From: Alloascoidea hylecoeti
Lineage: Eukaryota
Direction of reading: 5' to 3'
Assembly (NCBI GenBank): GCA_001600815.1
Contig: BCKZ01000011.1
Span: 475,622-539,621, forward strand
Length of the DNA stretch: 64,000 nucleotides
The position numbers were made by a program, and so were the translations under genes. This document shows, piece after piece, positions 42,151-52,813 of the stretch. The first letter of the stretch is position 1; every line of letters begins with the position of its first letter. The notes under the pieces are model-generated. The model searched no databases and was not told the origin of the DNA. It was given only the letters and a program-made list of their open reading frames with translations.

Positions 42151-43215
42151 AAAGCTCTTACTCTCTTCCTATTTCTCTATTATCTCCTTCTGATGGATCT
42201 TCCATGGTTGTGAATTTAACGTACGCATTCAACTAATTAATATTGCTTTCACACACACGATTGATTTCGCACCAATTTATGTTATGTACTTATTATTTAA
42301 CAATAGATTAGATTAAAACAGAATCAACAAATTATAATTACGGATTAGCTTTCTTGAACAACAATGGGTCAAACTTGGATATAGATAATTCACAAAATTC
42401 TGACACTGAAATAGAATCTCATACCAACAAATCTGCTGGACTTTCGACATCATCAGAAACAGAAACAGAAACACTGGAAAAATATAAACTTGCAATAAAT
42501 GAAATTCAGCATTGGGAAACGACACCCCAAATCTTCAGTAACTCATTTTCTAGCTCTTGATAAGTGTCTACCGCGACGTAACTACCTTCAATTCATTCAG
42601 GTACCAATAACATCACATTCCCAAACGTGAAGTAAAAAGCAAAGACTATCCTCTTCTGCTTCGTCAAATTCATCATCAAAATCCAATAAATCTTCAGACA
42701 TCCCAAGATTAGCTGAATCTTTAACATATTATCCTGAATGGCTAGAAATTACACGTGCAACACATAAATATTTTAATACCTCCTTGACACCTCTTCTAAC
42801 ACTGAATCAACTCCAAATAGTTCATTACAGAGAATCCCAGATATTTTAGCAAATTCAGATCCTGTAGAGTCAAAACTTGAACGTTCAAATCTGTTAAAAT
42901 TAATAGATGATTTGGGTTAAAGAAAATAGTTGATAAAAGTCTTCTTGGTATCCCAATGACTATTGATAAAAGCGCACCTTCTCATAGCAGTGAATTCCAA
43001 AGAAGTCTAATATAAGAGAACAACCACCAGAATATAGAAATAAAATGACGGATTATATTTGTGATTCATTAAAGATTGATAATAAAGTATGGAAAGGCGA
43101 TCGTTAGCTACAATTTATATATTAATAATATTTGTATAAGTTGGATACTAAGATGCTCATATTTGTTAAAGTATGATACCATGTAACATTGTGGTTAACG
43201 CTTGTAATTTATTAT

Positions 43216-43467
43216 TGTTGAATAGAATTAGATGTTGATTCCTGTTCGCTCATTGTTAATTGATGTCCTCAGATTGTATAAACACGTTGTTCTTAAACTC
43301 TTGGAAATTAAATATGAATATAATTATTATATTATATTTTTACGATATTTTCTAAAATGTGGGAATTCCTCCATATAAATTATGGAATCCCCAAAAACTA
43401 TTCAGTCTAATTAATCTAAATAATGAACTATAAAATTGTTCCACCATGTTCTTCCATATAATCAACA
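43216..43467 (-). repeat. Ty1/copia LTR (252 bp), left arm
   Basis: TGTTGA...TCAACA termini, preceded on the minus strand by the PPT GAGGGAG (43474-43468). Near-identical inverted copy at 44317-44563. Confidence 0.9.
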
Positions 43468-43493
43468 CTCCCTCTTAATTGTATTCAAGTCAC

Positions 43494-43984
43494 TTAAAGT
43501 GAGTTGTTCAATTTATCTCTTAATAATAGGAATTCACCCTTGGGTATGGGTTTAGTAAGATAATCACTTAGATTCAGTTTACCATCAATTTTGATAAGTT
43601 TTTCATTCCATGAATCTACCTCACCTTTTGATTTAGATTCTTTATTGAATCTCCTTCTTAACACTTTCAACTTGTTATCCAAGGTTTTTGTTCTCATCTT
43701 GTAATTCTTTATTCCAGTGATCCAATGAATTACTGGCATATTGTCTTCATAAATGTTGATTTCTACCTTTTTAAATAATCCCAAGATATTTGTCTTCAAT
43801 CGGTCTATTTTATCCATTGATAAATCTAACGAACAAAGTTCACTTTCTGAACTACTCTTGACATCAATTCTCATCAATTTGCTATGTTAGTAGATAATGT
43901 TGTTGTTCAATAACATCAAAGCACCAGAAGTACTATATCTATCATCTCTATCATTGGCGTGATCTGCATCAATATAAAAATCGA
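43494..43984 (-). pseudogene. Ty1/copia RNase H domain (pol C-terminus) with a stop at the conserved Trp
   Basis: IDFYIDADHANDRDDRYSTSG...IY*HSK...SSSESE...IYEDN...NLSDYLTKP, matching the copia RNase H motifs DADxAxD, RxSTSG, SSxExE, EDN and ADxLTK. TAA at 43889-43887. Confidence 0.9.
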
Positions 43985-44290
43985 TTGAAGACAAATATCT
44001 TGGGATTATTTAAAAAGGTAGAAATCAACATTTATGAAGACAATATGCCAGTAATTCATTGGATCACTGGAATAAAGAATTACAAGATGAGAACAAAAAC
44101 CTTGGATAACAAGTTGAAAGTGTTAAGAAGGAGATTCAATAAAGAATCTAAATCAAAAGGTGAGGTAGATTCATGGAATGAAAAACTTATCAAAATTGAT
44201 GGTAAACTGAATCTAAGTGATTATCTTACTAAACCCATACCCAAGGGTGAATTCCTATTATTAAGAGATAAATTGAACAACTCACTTTAA
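43982..44290 (+). pseudogene. Inverted duplicate of the copia RNase H C-terminal part
   Basis: Translation identical to the left arm (KTNILG...NNSL*). Confidence 0.9.
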
Positions 44291-44316
44291 GTGACTTGAA
44301 TACAATTAAGAAGGAG

Positions 44317-44563
44317 TGTTGATTATATGGAAGAACATGGTGGAAAAATAGTTCATTATTTAGATTAATTAGACTGAATAGTTTTTGGGGATTCCATAAT
44401 TTATATGGAGGAATTCCCACATTTTAGAAAATATCGTAAAAATATAATATAATAATTATATTCATATTTAATTTCCAAGAGTTTAAGAACAACGTGTTTA
44501 TACAATCTGAGGACATCAATTAACAATGAGCGAACAAGAATCAACATCTAATTCTATTCAACA
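44317..44563 (+). repeat. Ty1/copia LTR (247 bp), right arm
   Basis: PPT GAAGGAG upstream, TGTTGA...TCAACA termini, followed immediately by TGGTAGCG. Confidence 0.9.
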
Positions 44564-44574
44564 TGGTAGCGGCG
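44564..44574 (+). promoter_or_regulatory. Primer-binding site, tRNA-iMet type
   Basis: TGGTAGCGGCG directly after the LTR's CA. TGGTAGCG is complementary to the 3' end of yeast initiator tRNA-Met (the Ty1 PBS begins TGGTAGCGCC). Confidence 0.8.
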
Positions 44575-44771
44575 CCGCCCACGAGAGGCATCAGGTTCGA
44601 GTCCGCCGTAGGACGGTAGTTTACATCAGTCTAGTTGAGGCTTAGTAGGGTAACGCATAAATGGCCCGAAAGTAAAATGTCCGAGTCAGTCTGCAAGAAG
44701 TCCGCAACCCGAAAGATCACGGGCGTGAGCAGATATGGCGATTAGTAAAGTGACCTGACTAAGGTTGGGTG
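44564..44771 (+). mobile_element. Non-coding internal domain of a miniature LTR element (PBS, B-box, hairpins, G-rich PPT-like end)
   Basis: GC-rich 208 nt with no ORF in the track. GGTTCGAGTCC at 44594-44604, nested complementary segments, and AAGGTTGGGTG directly before a TG. Confidence 0.65.
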
Positions 44772-44862
44772 TGTTGGATATATTACACTCTTAGAACAGT
44801 TCACTAAAGAGTCAATTGGCTTTTTGGCGCAACTGGGAGAACAGGCACTTTGAACTTTAACA
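44772..44862 (+). repeat. 91-bp mini-LTR
   Basis: TGTT...AACA termini, followed by the TSD. Homologous solo copy at 33633-33715. No similarity to the copia LTR beyond the termini. Confidence 0.75.
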
Positions 44863-47327
44863 ATTATTCATAATGTATTTATAAATTTATCCATCTAGTT
44901 ATAATATTCAGTCTCTGTTATTTACATGAAAAGAGTTTGAGGTTTAAACAATTGCAACTTTAAATTATACAATTACGCTGTATATAAAAATCATAATCTA
45001 AGTAAGATATAGTTGGTGGAAATATAAACGCATACGACTTGTATTTATATTTCTCGTTCAAACACATGTAAGCCTTAAGCTTATAATTATATATCAATTA
45101 GGTTTGCTATAATTGCAATTCGTCATATTGCAATTATCATATTCCTTTTTATATAATTCCACCAAATTGTGTATGTAGTGATATTTTTGGAAATTAATTA
45201 ATCTACTCTTTGAAATTTGTTTGGTTTAAGAGGGGAAAAAACCACATATTTGTCTATATTACAACGATGGTAAAATTCAGCTGCAGAGCCTAATTATAAG
45301 AGAATGTAGTTAGTTCATATTTCATTTGTGTATTAAAATTTAAAGTATATTTTACAAAGCTCAAGAATTAATGATAATTATGAGCTAGTTAGCTTTATCT
45401 ATATTGCAATATGATCACTAGTGAGAGAATTCCAATTATTTTGCAATTCTATCATTACAATGCATTAATATTGATATTAAAGATCCCTCGATCACCTTGC
45501 GTGGTCAAAAAACTGGTGTTGTGTCATTGTGTTCGAATATATATAATTAAAATCACTAAATTTAAACAAATCTATATAATCATAATATATTAATATCTCA
45601 CTACTTTAGCAGTTAATTAAATTTAGCTATACTCTGACATTTATTCCAGTTGATGATTTTCAACGTTCTAATATACATAAATGTTGCAATATTGGTATCG
45701 TTGCTATCGTATCGTAATGATATTTAATCACTGCACGAATAAGTTGTCTCCATAGTCACGAAAATGGTTGTAGCAATTACCGATAATAATAAGTTCTATT
45801 TTATTAATGATAATGTGAGAACTGACTCAACTGAGCACTGAGCAATGAGCAATGCATATAAGCAATGAGCATACCTAGGCCTGTACTATATGTATTGTTA
45901 ATATTTATTAGAAAAACTAATACCAGGTAACAACTATTATCAATGTGTTTCGCTTTTGTATATAAATGACCAAAAAGGACATAGCATAGACGGAAAAGTC
46001 ATTGTACATGCAACCTACATAAATATTGCAAATAATCGTGATTGATAAAAGTGTGGTGACTGTGGTGTGGTCTATTCTTTCTTTCTATAAAATAATTAGG
46101 CTATGATTAATGCAAATTATGATATCAAATCAGAAATAAATTAATCTAGTGTCGCCACTTTCAATAATCTCTCAGTACCATGGTTATAACTTACAACAAT
46201 GAAAACAATCGATACTATGAATTTCATGAAACCCTTACATAGTACATACCAGTGTCGGTCCCTGATCGGGGTTTTCCCGATTATTTCAGATATTTGAGCC
46301 GATGGTTAGAAGTCAGAACCAAACATGTTTGTTCAATTTAACAGAAAATAAACAGAATCACGGCATAGGGAATTTATTACCGATCGCGGTGGTGAAGCCG
46401 TTACGTATACAGCTGTGGCTGCAGTTTTGCTAAAGTCATATAATTTTATATATATGCCTAGCTATATATATATGGTTGTAACTTATAACGTCAATTTCAG
46501 CCTTGGGTAGGGTTAGTACGATAAGTCGCCCATAACTGACTATTTATAATATAACAGAAACTTTATATAGCTATATAGAGTGAAATATACAATGTTTAAA
46601 AATGATTTTCTAAGATTATACACTTAAAATTTTGAAATTTTAAGCTTCATTATTATAATTAACAATGCATACCTATTACCTATATAAGTTTTATATATCA
46701 CATATACCGGCGTGTACTGATTTTTCTATCTATATCTTAACTTATAGATAAGGACAGCCACGGGGCGATATGAGTACCATACTTATTACTTAACATACTA
46801 CCAAATTTACCAATGCTGAGATGCTTAAGCTTAATTATAATCGATATACACCTTAATTGTAATATATATATTATTACCAGATGATGGTTAGCGCATATAA
46901 AACTTTATACATTCGAAAATGATGAGTAGATCTAGAACCTGCATGTATTACATGTAGTCATATAAAGATTATGGTGTATGAATAACGGGATGTATGTAAG
47001 GGAAACTTTAAAGTACAGGGCGGGATAATGTTTTGCAATTGGGCTCATGACCATTGCCATTTATCACAAGAGGTGAAGCCACACCTTTCTGGTTGTATCT
47101 TATCCCACGTGTGGATTACAAATTATATGTGCATTTCTGTAAGGAGGTTGAGCAATTTAGTTCTTCCTTGCTCACTTAAATATATATATAATTGCCAAAA
47201 GGAATCAATTTGTTCTGCTATAATACACCTTTTTATTATAAAAGATGCTTTGACTTAGAGATATAAGTATACTCTTACCTAATTCGATCAGTATTAGAAT
47301 GCTATGATCATGAATATATGTAAATAT

Positions 47328-47639
47328 TAGACATGCAATGAAAAAATAATATATTTTTTTAGCCCGATACCAACCCGAAACCTGGTTTCGGCGGGGGCAA
47401 ATTTTTGACCTTCTTGGTATCGGACTGGTATCGGATTGGTATCGACCTGTCTGGATTTCCATTTGCTTATGTAATAAGATAGAGTAACCTGCCTATTCAA
47501 ATATTTTTGAAGTAAATTAAAGTGAAGACAAGACGATTATCACGTTACTAAAGAGGTGTTTGGTGGTATCGGTATCTGGGCATCTGGTATCGGCCCCTGA
47601 CCCCAAAAATGCCCGAGTCCGAGCCGATTGCATGTCCTG
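47328..47639. mobile_element. hAT-like non-autonomous element/MITE
   Basis: Terminal inverted GACATGCAAT / ATTGCATGTC and repeated GGTATCG(G)/CCGATACC subterminal motifs. The left end resembles the 33180 element (CATGCRATGAAA). No clear 8-bp TSD. Confidence 0.5.
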
Positions 47640-48583
47640 AAAGTATATAATGCTATAATTAATAAATATTACATACCGTACAGAATCTACAGATGTATAA
47701 TATAAAAAATATTTAATTGCTTGATGCAATCCTCATTTCTTAAATATAAAATAGCTAGCTCCGTGAAATATATAATATTAGCATGTTATAGATATCTAGC
47801 TAGCTATAGATAAATGAAAAAACATGGTCATATATGTGAAAAGCATTGGCATAAAATTGATTAATTAGCTAGAGCACTTTCTATGATTTAAAATACATGG
47901 CGGTATAAGCTTTAGATAAAGATAAGGTGAATAAATATAAGCTTAAATGATAAGCTTAGGCTTATAATTGACATTATTGAATTTAAGGGTATAAACGTAG
48001 ATATAATATGGTTTACGTAGATCGATTTAATAGATCTATCAATTAACAGATATGCAGAAATCTAATTAAAGAACATGTTTATGCACATGCAATATATATC
48101 TAGTCCAATGCATATGCATACAACAGCGATATTTTGTTGCAATCTTGGCCGGAGAAAAAAAGTACATAAAATCCCCTTTATGCCTAATACCAACCAATCA
48201 TCAACGTGAATTAACTCAATAATAAATTGTTTCTCCACCATGAATCAAAATAGAATCCAATCAAATGGTGGGCACTTAGTGCTTTCCAGATTAGGAATGA
48301 ATTGTTCGGTTTATAGGTAAAATAATATATTAAAATTTAAAAATAATAATTAATATTCCCCGGGAACACCCTGTATTATATCAATATTTAAATATATTAT
48401 TGTGTATGAGTAGAAGTACAAAATTTTATTTAAATTGAATTTCAGTTTCTTTTTTTCCCCTTTCCATAAAATTTAGAGAGATTTAACTTAACATTTAAAC
48501 ATTTAAAACATTTTATTCCCTTAATTTAAATTAATGTATAATAATATCAGCTATATATAGCGATAGCAACAAACCATAATAAT

Positions 48584-50163
48584 ATGTATTTTCAAGATGG
48601 CCAGCAAAGGAGGGTAAGACCTTACTACAAACGATCAAGGAATGGGTGTCTTAGTTGTAAGAAACTAAGAATAAAGGTAGGTTTGGTTTTGTTGTTTCTA
48701 TTACATTGAAATTTTAAGGTTTCATTCTAATCTTATTTTCTTTTTTGACACATCTTTAGTGTGATGAAGCAAAACCAAGTTGTGAATATTGTCTTAGTAC
48801 GAAGCGAAAATGTGTCTATCTACCACCTGTTGTTAAAAAGCCAAGATCCAAAATTTCGAAATGTTCAACAATTTCAAGTACAACGGATTCAAATAATAAA
48901 TCATATCGGTCGAATCAAAATACAGAACAGGGCTTAGAGATGGTTAACTCAACAGTAAAAAGAAAAGTAGAAAAAGATAAGAAAAGAGCAGAAAAACCAT
49001 TATCACCATTTTCAACAGTTGAGTTATTTCCAAGTTCTATATATGATGATTATGGACCCAGATTAATAAACCATTACATAAAATATACTTATAGAATCTT
49101 AGCAAGTGATTCAACACCAACTAAAGTTGAAATTTGGAGATCGAAAGTACCAAAGTTAATGAAGAGTTCAAGCTTAATAACTGAATGTATTTTATCATTT
49201 ACAAGCTTACATTTATGGATTTTAGAGGGTAATTGTGATAATGAACTAGAATCAAAGTCTAGTTTACACTATTCAAATAGTTTAAAGTTATGTGGTAAAG
49301 AATTATCAAAATGGACAAGATTTGACGCTTATGATTGTTGTTATAAACAAAATATTAATGAATTTCAATCTCATGACTCATTAAAATCACAGAATATCAA
49401 CAACTATAATTACAATTGTAAAAATGAATCACCAGTAATTACTTCAAAAAGCTATGAAGAGATATACATTGCAGCAATTTTAATACTGTTTTTTACAATG
49501 TTTCATCCAAATTTAATACCATTAGTTTCAACAATAAATTATGACAATAATGATTATAACAATAGAGAAAATTCAATAGACTTATTAAAAATTACTCAAT
49601 CATCAATGGCAATACATAACCTCACAAAAAACGAAATCTCAAAGACAATATTTGAAGATTCACTATTTGATAATGGTTTGGATCTAGATTTAAATATTCA
49701 TGTTATTGAGCATGATCATATGCATGAGAATGGTGCAGAATTCGGAGATAATTTATATCTTTTGATACCAAAGGAATTAATTAAGAAACTTTATGAATTA
49801 AAAGATCAAAATTTGATTTCCAAATCAGAATTTGAAATCAATTTAAAAGCATTAAATTTATTAATCAATTGTATTAAAGAAAATAAAATTAATCTAATAT
49901 TTAAATTTTTATTCTTTTTACCAAATGAATTTTCAAATTTAGCAAGAAAGAAGAAAATATTTTCATTGATTTTATTAAGTTATTTCGCAAATTTATGCAT
50001 TATTGGACATGTATTTTTCACAAAGGATAACAATATTTGGAATAACTTTTTAATTCAGACAAGGGAGTTTTTAAGAAATTCAAATGATGATGGTTGGGGA
50101 GTAGAAACAATGAATTATATTGATGAGAAAATCGGTGATTTACCTCCCAATTTATGTAGTTGA
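48584..50163 (+). CDS. Zn(II)2Cys6 transcription factor, Upc2/Ecm22-like family; exons 48584-48676 and 48760-50163
   Basis: RPYYKRSRNGCLSCKKLRIK|CDEAKPSCEYCLSTKRKCVY. Intron GTAGGT...TTCTAAT...TAG; exon 2 is in frame with the ORF at 48940. Confidence 0.88.
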
Positions 50164-51030
50164 TACAATATTTAATATAATGCTATGACGTTTATGATTG
50201 TAATAATAAAAATGACAGTGTCACCTCTGTATGTACCCTCATTCTCACCCCGGCAACATTACACATATTTATTATCTAGGTTAAATCAGGTTCGTATTGA
50301 AGTTGCAATTGGTTCGATTTCAGAGCCCGGATTTTTCTTCTCAGAAATGGTCTTATTTTCTCTGCTGAGGTTGCAATTGTAGGTGTTTTATTGTTCGAAT
50401 TTCTATTTCTCACTAGCTAAGCGGGAGAATTGAAAGCTCTTGCAATTGAGTCTTGACTCAACAAGCCCTTGTTATATGCTAGCGCTGTTAGCGGTTTTAC
50501 CCATATGTCTCCTCCGCCTCTACCGGTTCTACCGGTTCTGCCCCTTCCCGGACACCCGGACACCTTCTAATTAGTCGGAATTCTGGTATGAAAACTAGTT
50601 TTCCTACTAATCATGAATACTGCCTGATATGCTTTTCAAGTCTATCAAATAAATAATAATAATCATATAGGTATATCAATTTGTCAATGGTATTAAATTA
50701 AAGACAAGTTATCTATTTTTTTGTTAATTTAATAGATCAATGGAAATTACAAAGAGTGCATAAGCATTCTGCACAGAAACCCAATTAGTTGCTTCCGCAC
50801 ATGCAGCCGAGGACTACTTGGGCTCTGTGCGTGCGCTCAAAAATTATAATAAGTGCAGACACATAATTTATTATTAATGTACGTTTTCAAACCAGTTTAA
50901 ATCTGGACAAGATTAATTCGTATTTTAATACCGGAATATTTGGCAATAAATCCATTTCTTTCGTTTTATATATTATGCCTGTCAACCGGTCATTATCACT
51001 TTTAGGATTTTAGAATATTTTTGACTCAAA

Positions 51031-52813
51031 ATGATAGTTGATGGAAGGAAGAGGCCGTATTATAGACGTTCTCGCAACGGCTGTCGAAGCTGTAAGAAGT
51101 TACGAATAAAGGTACTAAATCTTTCAATTTACGTAAATATTGTTCTACATCTAAACATACTAACTTTCTTCATAGTGTAGTGAAACAAAACCAACCTGTG
51201 AATATTGTCAAAGTACAAACAGAGAATGTGTCTATGTTGCTCCTATTAAGAAGATACCAAACAAGAAAAAGCAGAAAGTTAGTACTTGTACGGAAGAAAC
51301 TATGTCTCTATCTGATGATCATCACAAGGTAGCCCAAAATATCCCCACCGACCTTGTTCACACTAGTACTATCCCTATTACCACTGACTCTATTATCGTT
51401 AATTCTCCCGGATCTGACGATTCTTCATTCAGTTCAGAAACCTCATCACGAGCTTCATCAACATCAGTATCTTCCACAAGTACGGAGGCCACCATATATG
51501 ACCCTTCAAATAACAAAGGCTTGAGCAATCAATATCATGATCACGTGAAATCATATAAATTATCCAACACACCAATTGGTTCATTATTAAACGTATCACA
51601 GTTTAACTTACATCTGTTACATCATTTTGTTAATCAAGTTTATCCGATTTTTGTACGTGGTCAAAATGGTTCATATAAATATCAATTTAATGATGTTTGG
51701 TTGAATAAAGTACCAATTTTATTTAATGAATCAAAATTAATTTCAAACGGTATAATGTCAATTTCATCACTGAATTTATGGTATCTAAATAACAATTTCC
51801 AAAATCTTAGTTTAGAATCATCTTCTTCATTGTATTATGATTCAACTTTAAAATTATATCGGAAAGAATTAACATGTTTACAATTAAAATTATTAAGAAA
51901 TAATAATAATATTAGAGATGATGCTGAAAATCAATATCGTTATAGTATACTGTTCTTATCATCAGTTATAATTTATTCATTTTCAATACATCATCCAAGA
52001 TTAATTCCATTGGTATCTTTTAACAAAAATAGTTATTCAAATATTAAGTCATCAACAGATTCAAATAAATCTGATGCTGAAGAAGTTGAAGAAGTTGAAG
52101 AAGATGATGATCATGATGAAATAATTGATTTGTTCACTATTATAAACGGTATAAACTTAATTGGCAAATTAAAACTATCAGATTTATCAAAAACGTTTTT
52201 GAAACCATTTATTTTTAATGATGCAATTCTAATTAGAAAAAAGTTTATCATACCGGAAAGTTTTAACTTTCCATTTTTAAGGCTATTAATTAATAAATTT
52301 AAAGAGTTTAAAGAAAAATCGTTTTATAATTATAATTTATTTATTAAAAATGATAATCATAATGAAATTTCAATAAATAATAATTATGATATTTCAGTAA
52401 ATGAAGAAATTGAAATATATAATCAATCAATCATAAAATTAAAAAGATCATGTTATGATTCTTATAAAGTAAATTGTTCAGTATATATTTTTCGTTGGAT
52501 ATTTATAATCGATCCAAAATTTCAAATTTTATTAAAACAAAAAAACCCATTTTCATTATTACTTTTATCTTATTATTGCGTTTTATTACAGTTAACTAAA
52601 CATTATTTATCAAAAGATGAGAATATATGGCTGAATTTTATAAATACTACTAGAAAGATATTTAAAGATTTTGGAAATGATGATAATAGCAATGAAATGA
52701 TATTGCAAATGGATTGGGAAAAGGAATTAGAAATTCCTTTAAGATTTTTGAGAAATTATGAAGATTTTGTTGATGGAGATTTTCAAAAAATACTTAATTT
52801 ACCAATAGACTAA
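51031..52813 (+). CDS. Zn(II)2Cys6 transcription factor, tandem paralog; exons 51031-51111 and 51176-52813
   Basis: RPYYRRSRNGCRSCKKLRIK|CSETKPTCEYCQSTNRECVY. Intron GTACTA...TACTAAC...TAG at the same position as in the paralog. Shared motifs HPxLIPLVS, FSLxLLSY and NIW. Confidence 0.88.

Larger units (their letters stand above)
43216..44862. mobile_element. Composite LTR-retroelement insertion with 5-bp TSD ATTAT
   Basis: Begins TGTTG and ends TAACA. ATTAT lies at 43211-43215 and 44863-44867. Contains inverted copia 3' ends, a PBS, a non-coding body and a mini-LTR. Confidence 0.8.

Noticed and set aside
43174..43215. TGGTATCA PBS on the minus strand next to TGTAACA, hinting at an older host LTR that might end at TTACA 44926
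   Set aside because: Only short motifs with no second copy, and TGGTATCA is not the yeast iMet complement.
44564..44610. tRNA gene suggested by TGGTAGC...GGTTCGAGTCC
   Set aside because: No acceptor stem or cloverleaf. The position directly after the LTR fits a PBS better.
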